A stretch of DNA of 64,000 nucleotides from Chromatiales bacterium (GTDB lineage: Bacteria; Pseudomonadota; Gammaproteobacteria; Steroidobacterales; GCA-2729495): NCBI GenBank assembly GCA_018699155.1, contig JABIQA010000167.1, forward strand, positions 6,699 to 70,698. The letters run 5' to 3'. Made by a program: the position numbers and the translations under genes. The notes beneath the pieces are model-generated. The model worked only from the letters and a program-made list of their open reading frames with translations. It was not told the DNA's origin and did not search any database. Below are positions 58,322 through 64,000 of the stretch, piece after piece. Numbering within the stretch: the first letter of the stretch is position 1; the number at the start of each line of letters is the position of its first letter.

Positions 58322-59364
58322 AAATCCACCGAAGATTGATACGCAGGCTCTGGCCCGTGAGGATCCCAGGCGGATGGTGCCTGCGCGAGAAAACTGACCA
58401 ACTCACTTATCAGCACCGCCGAGCTCAGCCCCGTCGGCTGGTTTTCAACGATTTGCAAACGGGCGGCGACCTCATTGACGCCCTCAAAAGCCCATTGGGC
58501 ATTTGCCGGTTCAAGCGCATTAAGGTGCTCTGCCAGAGGCGTCAGATCAACACGTGGTAACGGTCGAAAGCGGACTACCTGCACCCAACTTTCATAACGA
58601 TACTGAAACGACATATGTTGACCCTGAACCCAAAGAATCCGAGAACAATCTGTATGCTCAAATATTGCGAAAGGGTGCACTGGCAGCTCCCAACGAAGCA
58701 GATAACGCCGAATCGAAATACACGGCAAGGTATCAGGCACGTGGATTATTGCCAGATCAACGTCGGGATGAAGCTCAATTCGAACCTGACCAGCGGCGAG
58801 CAATTCACGACTCTGCTGCCAAAAGTTATATTCGGCCTGCCACTTCGCAGTATCACTGAATGGGTCGGCTAATATTTCCGGCAATGCCCGCAACATACCC
58901 CGATACTGCTCGATAATACGCTGACGCAAGGGCAGGCTAAAAACCTTAGCCCCCAATGGTGAGCTTTCCTTATCGGACCATGCACCTAAAACAAATGCTA
59001 ATTTTGCCGCGGTCTCGTCAGTGCAGCGCCAGAAGTCGGTCGCGTAGGACGTCGCAATACACAGGTCACGATGCTGATACGCGAGCTCCGGATTAACCAA
59101 AGCAAACATGCTCAGTAAGCCATCCTCATCGTAGTGACTGTTAGAGACAACTGACACATCGACATGTGCTGCAGGGTCATCCAGATAGGTATAAACGATA
59201 TGTGTAGAGGTATCTTCTCGCAGATGGTCTGGAGTACGATTCCAGGGCCAATGAGACAAGCTCAGAAGAGTTGAAGCCTGATCCTTGCCATCAACTACGA
59301 TATGCGGGTCGTCGCCGATTTCGTGATAAGGCACATAACGTGCGGGTGCAGGAAGACGGGGCAC
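58318..59364 (-). CDS. Conserved hypothetical protein (about 348 aa)
   Basis: The longest ORF (to 59547) overlaps the upstream membrane-protein gene by 154 nt. The GTG at 59364, preceded by GAGGTGG, removes the overlap. I do not recognise the family with confidence. Confidence 0.55.
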   Translation of the reverse strand: MPRLPAPARYVPYHEIGDDPHIVVDGKDQASTLLSLSHWPWNRTPDHLREDTSTHIVYTYLDDPAAHVDVSVVSNSHYDEDGLLSMFALVNPELAYQHRDLCIATSYATDFWRCTDETAAKLAFVLGAWSDKESSPLGAKVFSLPLRQRIIEQYRGMLRALPEILADPFSDTAKWQAEYNFWQQSRELLAAGQVRIELHPDVDLAIIHVPDTLPCISIRRYLLRWELPVHPFAIFEHTDCSRILWVQGQHMSFQYRYESWVQVVRFRPLPRVDLTPLAEHLNALEPANAQWAFEGVNEVAARLQIVENQPTGLSSAVLISELVSFLAQAPSAWDPHGPEPAYQSSVDL

Positions 59365-59393
59365 AGCCCACCTCAGAGAGTTCGAATTAGCGA

Positions 59394-59777
59394 CTACTTC
59401 GACCGGACAAAAAAGCCCAGCACAAAAGCAAAAAGACCAACGGCTATTACAGCCAAAATATGGTACTGGGGTGCGGCAATATACTCTGCGCCCGGCGCTA
59501 CGATAGCGGGAGAGATAAGTCGCCACACATACCAACCAACAATCCATGCAGCAGGAACAATAGTCGGCAGAATCGCCACGACAGATGCGGTGTCATTATT
59601 CGCCTTGCGCAACATTAACCAGCTGAACAAACCCCCAATCAATACCGGCAACAAATTAATCCCAAATAGCGACATTGCGGCATCCATGTTTCCGGGAAAA
59701 ACTAACAGACTGGAAACAACTGCCATCAAAGGGACCGAAGCCATTCCTAATAGATTAAGTTTACCGTACTTAGTCAT
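59394..59777 (-). CDS. Small integral membrane protein (4 predicted TM segments)
   Basis: 127 aa and hydrophobic throughout. I recognise no domain. Confidence 0.55.
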   Translation of the reverse strand: MTKYGKLNLLGMASVPLMAVVSSLLVFPGNMDAAMSLFGINLLPVLIGGLFSWLMLRKANNDTASVVAILPTIVPAAWIVGWYVWRLISPAIVAPGAEYIAAPQYHILAVIAVGLFAFVLGFFVRSK

Positions 59778-59916
59778 ACCACTGATCCCGCAGAAATAGT
59801 CACAAAGTTGTATGCCACAAATAATAGCACCCCTGTCGCATTAAGGCGGCAGGGGTGCATGCTTTTACGGCAAAAATCCGCAGAATGGCTTCACAACTGC
59901 CCGAAGCCAGTCATGC

Positions 59917-60069
59917 TTAAAACAATGTATAGATAAACGGTGCCGCTGCAGAACCTTGGGCAACAACAATCAATACACCGAGCAACAACATCACAAGAAT
60001 AATCGGCGCCAACCAGAACTTCTTGCGCTCTCTCATGAAGCCCCACAAATCCTTACATAAATCGATCAT
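59917..60069 (-). CDS. DUF5989 / SxtK-like small membrane protein (50 aa; below the ORF-track cutoff)
   Basis: Hand translation gives MIDLCKDLWGFMRERKKFWLAPIILVMLLLGVLIVVAQGSAAAPFIYTLF-stop. The RKKFWL.PII....APFIYTLF pattern matches the SxtK-like family. Its ATG overlaps the upstream stop (TGATG). Confidence 0.6.
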   Translation of the reverse strand: MIDLCKDLWGFMRERKKFWLAPIILVMLLLGVLIVVAQGSAAAPFIYTLF

Positions 60070-60524
60070 CAGAAGGGATTCTCCAAGTTTTTAATCGGAT
60101 TGTCTTTTGAAATAACCCTATAGGTCTCAACACTATCATCCAGCTTGCGTGCCATGGAGTCTTTACCCATAACTCGCATAACCAAACCAATCGGGGCAAA
60201 CATTAGGTAGAACACAATGCCCATAATCAAGGGGGTCATAATCTTGCTCATCATCAGACCGAAGCTCATCCAAACATGATGGACCCCTTTAAGGCTCATC
60301 GGGGCAGCCAGCCCCCATATAATCAGCAGGCCACCCAGCATAAATGGCCAGCGCAGCGCTGTTTGAGACGGATCTAATGCGCCCCAAAAATCATAGCTAT
60401 GAAGGAATCTAATTTCTGTAAACAGCCATGGAAACAGAAAACCGAACAGGCCAATAAGGATTAGGCCGGTAACAACACCGAAATCACGCAAACCCTTCTT
60501 ATCTAAAACAGGAATTTCATGCAT
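60069..60524 (-). CDS. SxtJ-like membrane protein
   Basis: 151 aa with LRDFG followed by 4 hydrophobic segments. It sits between a carbamoyltransferase and a DUF5989 gene, as in SxtI/J/K-type trios. Confidence 0.6.
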   Translation of the reverse strand: MHEIPVLDKKGLRDFGVVTGLILIGLFGFLFPWLFTEIRFLHSYDFWGALDPSQTALRWPFMLGGLLIIWGLAAPMSLKGVHHVWMSFGLMMSKIMTPLIMGIVFYLMFAPIGLVMRVMGKDSMARKLDDSVETYRVISKDNPIKNLENPF

Positions 60525-60529
60525 AGCTA

Positions 60530-62380
60530 TTAATCCAACTCAAACTCATCTTTCCAATCATCGGTACCTTCCCACTTGGGCTGATCTTCTTTAGCAAGCA
60601 GAAAGTTATCAATAATCAAATAATCCATCTCCGTGCGCATAAAACATCGATACGCATCATCGGCAGTCATCACAATAGGTTCGCCGCGGACATTAAATGA
60701 GGTATTCACCAATACCCCGCAGTCGGTCTCCTTATTAAACTCGCTAAGCACATTATAGAAGTACGGATTAGTCTCTTTGTGCACAGTTTGAATTCGTGCC
60801 GAGTAGTCAACATGAGTAATTGCTGGAAGCTTCGAGCGAGGCACATTCAATTTTGCAATGCCAAACAAATTATCCTGCTCCTCAGTCATCGCAATGCGCT
60901 GCTCTTCAACAATTGGAGCAACAATCAGCATATACGGACTGGGGCGGTCTTGAATGAAATATTCGGACACCCTCTCAGCTAAAACCGCAGGGGCAAATGG
61001 CCGGAATGACTCACGATATTTAATTTTAAGGTTCATCACCGACTGCATCTTCGGGCTGCGCGGGTCGCCGATGATAGAGCGACTGCCTAAAGCACGCGGA
61101 CCAAATTCCATACGCCCCTGAGCCATACCGATAACATTTTCGGTTGCCAGAATTTTGGCAACGCGCGGGAAGAATTCAGCGTCTTTAAGCTGTGTATAAA
61201 CAGCCCCATATACGTCTAGATCTTTCTTGATACCTTCGTCAGTGAACTTAGGTCCAAGATAAGAACCACTCATCAAGTCATTCTTGTTGTCGACTGAGCG
61301 CGGGCCGTCTTTATAGTGATGCCAGATAACAGCAGCAGCACCAAGCGCGCCGCCAGCATCGCCTGCAGCGGGCTGAATCCAGATGTCTTTAAACGGGCCA
61401 TCGCGAAGAAGAATGCCGTTAGAAACGCAGTTAAGTGCTACGCCACCAGCCAAACACAGATAGTCAGCACCGGTTTCTTTGTGCAATGTTTCGGCAAGTC
61501 GCATCACCACAATCTCGGTAACTTTCTGAATCGATGCTGCAAGATCCATTTCCCGCTGAGTAATTTCAGTTTCGGCTGTACGCGCCGGACCACCAAACAG
61601 ATCTGCGAACTTATCGTTCGTCATTGTCAGGCCGGTGCAGTAATTAAAATAAGACATATCAAGGCGGAATGTGCCATCTGCCTTCAGGTCAAGCAGGTTG
61701 TCGAGAATCAGATCAACATACTTGGGCTCGCCGTATGGTGCCAGACCCATAAGCTTGTATTCGCCGGAGTTAACTTTAAATCCGGTAAAATAAGTAAATG
61801 CTGAATACAGCAACCCCAGGGAATGGGGAAAATCAATTTCCCATAAAGGCTTAAGATGATTGCCCTCACCAAGCCATGCCGACGTTGTGGCCCACTCGCC
61901 GACACCATCGAGACACAACACCACAGCCTTATCATAAGGACTGTAGAAAAATGCAGAAGCCGCATGAGATTGATGATGCTCAGCAAACATTAGGTCAGGC
62001 AGATCCTTTTGTTTGCAGCCTGCTAATTTCGCGAGCTCACGCTTTAGCGTGGTTTTTAAATAAAGTTTCTCTTTCAACCAGATAGGCATCGCCGCAATAA
62101 ATGAACGGAAGCCTTGCGGCGCATAAGAAAGATAGGTTTCCAATAGGCGCTCAAACTTAACAAGAGGCTTGTCATAGAAAACAACATGATCAACATCAGT
62201 TAGATTGATGCCAGCTTCTTCGAGACAGTACTGAATGGCCTCGGCAGGAAAACCCGGATCATGCTTTTTACGCGTAAACCGTTCTTGTTGAACCGCCGCA
62301 ACAATATTTCCATCATGGATCAATGCTGCTGCACTGTCGTGGTAGTAGGCTGAAAGCCCTAGAATATATGTCCCGCTCAC
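60530..62380 (-). CDS. NodU/CmcH-family carbamoyltransferase
   Basis: 616 aa. ILGLSAYYHDSAAALIHDGNIVAAVQQERFTRKKHD is the canonical Carbam_trans_N start, and the C-terminal Carbam_trans_C region is present (VNTSFNVRGEPIV). Confidence 0.9.
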   Translation of the reverse strand: MSGTYILGLSAYYHDSAAALIHDGNIVAAVQQERFTRKKHDPGFPAEAIQYCLEEAGINLTDVDHVVFYDKPLVKFERLLETYLSYAPQGFRSFIAAMPIWLKEKLYLKTTLKRELAKLAGCKQKDLPDLMFAEHHQSHAASAFFYSPYDKAVVLCLDGVGEWATTSAWLGEGNHLKPLWEIDFPHSLGLLYSAFTYFTGFKVNSGEYKLMGLAPYGEPKYVDLILDNLLDLKADGTFRLDMSYFNYCTGLTMTNDKFADLFGGPARTAETEITQREMDLAASIQKVTEIVVMRLAETLHKETGADYLCLAGGVALNCVSNGILLRDGPFKDIWIQPAAGDAGGALGAAAVIWHHYKDGPRSVDNKNDLMSGSYLGPKFTDEGIKKDLDVYGAVYTQLKDAEFFPRVAKILATENVIGMAQGRMEFGPRALGSRSIIGDPRSPKMQSVMNLKIKYRESFRPFAPAVLAERVSEYFIQDRPSPYMLIVAPIVEEQRIAMTEEQDNLFGIAKLNVPRSKLPAITHVDYSARIQTVHKETNPYFYNVLSEFNKETDCGVLVNTSFNVRGEPIVMTADDAYRCFMRTEMDYLIIDNFLLAKEDQPKWEGTDDWKDEFELD

Positions 62381-62651
62381 GCTAATTTTCTCTATCCTAT
62401 GGCTAATGCCGGATTACCGACAGAATCAATAAAATTCAAAACGCCCAACTGCTATGGGCAAACACCTATTTCCAACTCGATCTACTAAGAAGACAACAGG
62501 ACTAAATACTAGATACTAATATCACAAAGTTCTGTGACCATAGTCGCGGAACGGCGTCTCGCTGGCAGCTCTGTTTCGCATGTGAGCATACACAACGATT
62601 TGACCCAGTCAATCATCAGCTAGGCGGCAAGACCCATTAGTCTCAAGTTCT

Positions 62652-63002
62652 TTAGCTTTGCGCAGGCCCGAGATCCCATTTTTCCAAGGTTTCCGGCATG
62701 AAACCACCTCTGGAGTAGACCTCAAGGTAGTGCAAGCGGCCATTTTTCATGAACAGGCTGCTTCCAGCGCCATCCATGAGCATATCGCTGCTGATATGGG
62801 GACATACCGGACGAACGCCATCGGGAATAAGCACAGATCCTTCGGGAACACTAAGATACAGGAACAGCCCGGTACCCATAAAATCGCGTTTTTGCACCTC
62901 AGCAGCGGCAATCTGCCCTGCCAACTCCTGACTCCCAGAATGCTGCGCAATCCAGTCAAGAACCGCCTGCTCCAGCTCACCCATAAATAGCCCGCCAAAC
63001 AC
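62652..63002 (-). CDS. Hypothetical protein (about 110-116 aa)
   Basis: An open frame with coding-like composition. I recognise no motif. The start is ambiguous (63002 or the ATG at 62984). Confidence 0.45.
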   Translation of the reverse strand: MFGGLFMGELEQAVLDWIAQHSGSQELAGQIAAAEVQKRDFMGTGLFLYLSVPEGSVLIPDGVRPVCPHISSDMLMDGAGSSLFMKNGRLHYLEVYSRGGFMPETLEKWDLGPAQS

Positions 63003-63118
63003 TTAAAAATTGATCATCGCACACCAACGTGAATGATGCGCGCTGTCTGTATATAAACCATACTTTCGTTAGACACCCGATGGGCATCGAATCCCAGCAG
63101 AAAAGATCGTCGAAGCTC

Positions 63119-63799
63119 TTAAATTATCGCTGTAACCGCGTTCATGTATTTAGAATGCCTGGCCACCCTAATAGGCAGGCCATGAAGGACTTGAGTTGCT
63201 AGCTGACGCTCAGCACGGTCAAACTTGCACTCCACGACAACAGTCTCTGGCAGATTCGCCTTCAAGCGAATATTTGGTCGCGGATTTTTCCGCTGATCCC
63301 AGACCATCTGGTCGAAGTCGAGCGTAATACGAATACGGCCACATGCACTCAGATAATAAAAACGACGATAGTGATTAATCATTACCGCCCAAGGATTCTG
63401 CTCCAGCCAGAGACGACCCTCGTGATCAAGCTGAGGCGCTATCATATTTCGGATTTCCGTCCATGTTGTGCGGTCATCAACTGGTAGGTCTTTGACTTTG
63501 TACAGCAGTTTCCAGCCGTACTGATTGCGTTTCTGCTTGATCTCCAGCTTGCCGGGAGAGGGCAGCAAACTATCGCCATACCAGCGATACCGTACTTTTG
63601 TGCGGTCACTTACGCCCGCCAAGTTCTCGGCATAGGCCGAATACTCTAAAGTATCAAAGTAAATATTATGCACCGTACGCATCGGATACGCCTCTGAAAA
63701 TGCCAGAGGATGCAAACGCAGCCACTGATACACCACATCTGTATCACGCCGATTCGTAACGAACTTAATTTCTTGTCGGGCACCATCAGGAACTAACAT
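63119..63799 (-). CDS. VTC-domain (CYTH-like, polyphosphate-polymerase-domain) protein
   Basis: 226 aa. The N-terminal EIKF, then NIYFDT, RYRWYG and LEIKQKR, fit the strand pattern of bacterial VTC-domain proteins as I recall it. Confidence 0.65.
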   Translation of the reverse strand: MLVPDGARQEIKFVTNRRDTDVVYQWLRLHPLAFSEAYPMRTVHNIYFDTLEYSAYAENLAGVSDRTKVRYRWYGDSLLPSPGKLEIKQKRNQYGWKLLYKVKDLPVDDRTTWTEIRNMIAPQLDHEGRLWLEQNPWAVMINHYRRFYYLSACGRIRITLDFDQMVWDQRKNPRPNIRLKANLPETVVVECKFDRAERQLATQVLHGLPIRVARHSKYMNAVTAII

Positions 63800-64000
63800 T
63801 ACTCGCGAGCCTCAGGTTTAGGCCGCCGCAATCCCGGCCGCATAACAGTTTCATAGAGTTCATCCACATCAATATCCTCCGGAGCAAACTCCTCACCATC
63901 GAGGCTTACCCGACTTCCAGTCTGCACCACTGCGACCGCACGATTACCCTCCATGACCATGTTCCTTGCCACTACTTCGGCGATACCAAACTCAGGCTTC
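63799..64000 (-). CDS. 3' end of an upstream gene (partial; possibly DUF4956-like)
   Basis: The minus-strand frame is open from the window edge to a TAA at 63799-63801, which overlaps the VTC ATG (TAATG). It reads ..KPEFGIAEVVARNMVMEGNRAVAVVQTGSRVSLDGEEFAPEDIDVDELYETVMRPGLRRPKPEARE-stop. The family assignment rests only on the usual VTC/DUF4956 pairing. Confidence 0.4.
   Translation of the reverse strand, partial: KPEFGIAEVVARNMVMEGNRAVAVVQTGSRVSLDGEEFAPEDIDVDELYETVMRPGLRRPKPEARE

Noticed and set aside
59302-59799. A 165-aa plus-strand ORF lies antisense to the small membrane-protein gene.
   Set aside because: It is an antisense shadow ORF. The minus-strand frame gives a clean four-TM hydrophobic profile, whereas the plus-strand product is compositionally odd.
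1-64000. I looked for rRNA, tRNA, CRISPR arrays, IS elements, transposases, integrases, prophage genes and recognisable defence systems (restriction-modification, toxin-antitoxin, Cas, and others).
   Set aside because: I found none. There are no clustered spaced repeats, no tRNA-like cloverleaf candidates in the intergenic regions I read, and no ORF with transposase, integrase or nuclease hallmarks. The window looks like core chromosome. A proper tRNAscan, Infernal or defence-finder run was not possible.

Overview
This window is chromosomal DNA from a gammaproteobacterium. The gene order resembles Pseudomonas and marine Oceanospirillales/Cellvibrionales. It is densely coding, and I found no rRNA, tRNA, CRISPR array, IS element or integrase. 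All identifications come from reading the translated ORFs and motifs by eye; no database search was run.

Main gene blocks:
- accC'-prmA-DUF3426-dusB-fis-purH-purD
- rho-trxA, divergent from rhlB
- yrfG/cysQ
- a sodium:solute symporter divergent from a fused 5-oxoprolinase
- qor, gshA, mdh, fadE
- gspA/gspB-like genes and yadGH
- nudC, polA, engB, cytochrome c4, dsbA, moaED

Observations worth a second look:
1. The arginine operon (argR-argG-X-argC-argD-argF'-argB-argH) is of the Bacteroidetes/Xanthomonas type. It uses an N-acyl-ornithine transcarbamylase and has no argA/argJ or argE. It contains X, an uncharacterised 350-aa P-loop protein that is translationally coupled to argG. X is the best candidate for an undescribed enzyme.
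2. A divergent FlhD-like/FlhC-like regulator pair sits outside any flagellar or mobile-element context, with phased direct repeats between the two genes.
3. Mevalonate-pathway genes (HMG-CoA synthase, phosphomevalonate kinase, diphosphomevalonate decarboxylase) lie next to ispA, where dxs is normally found.
4. An orphan sigma-54 promoter drives a structured, terminated non-coding transcript of about 120 nt.
5. An ErsA/Spot 42-position sRNA candidate with a sigma-E-type promoter lies between polA and engB.
6. Rho carries a 90-aa Gly/Asn/Arg-rich N-terminal extension, and its GTG start overlaps the trxA stop codon.
7. A carbamoyltransferase/SxtJ-like/SxtK-like trio is present.
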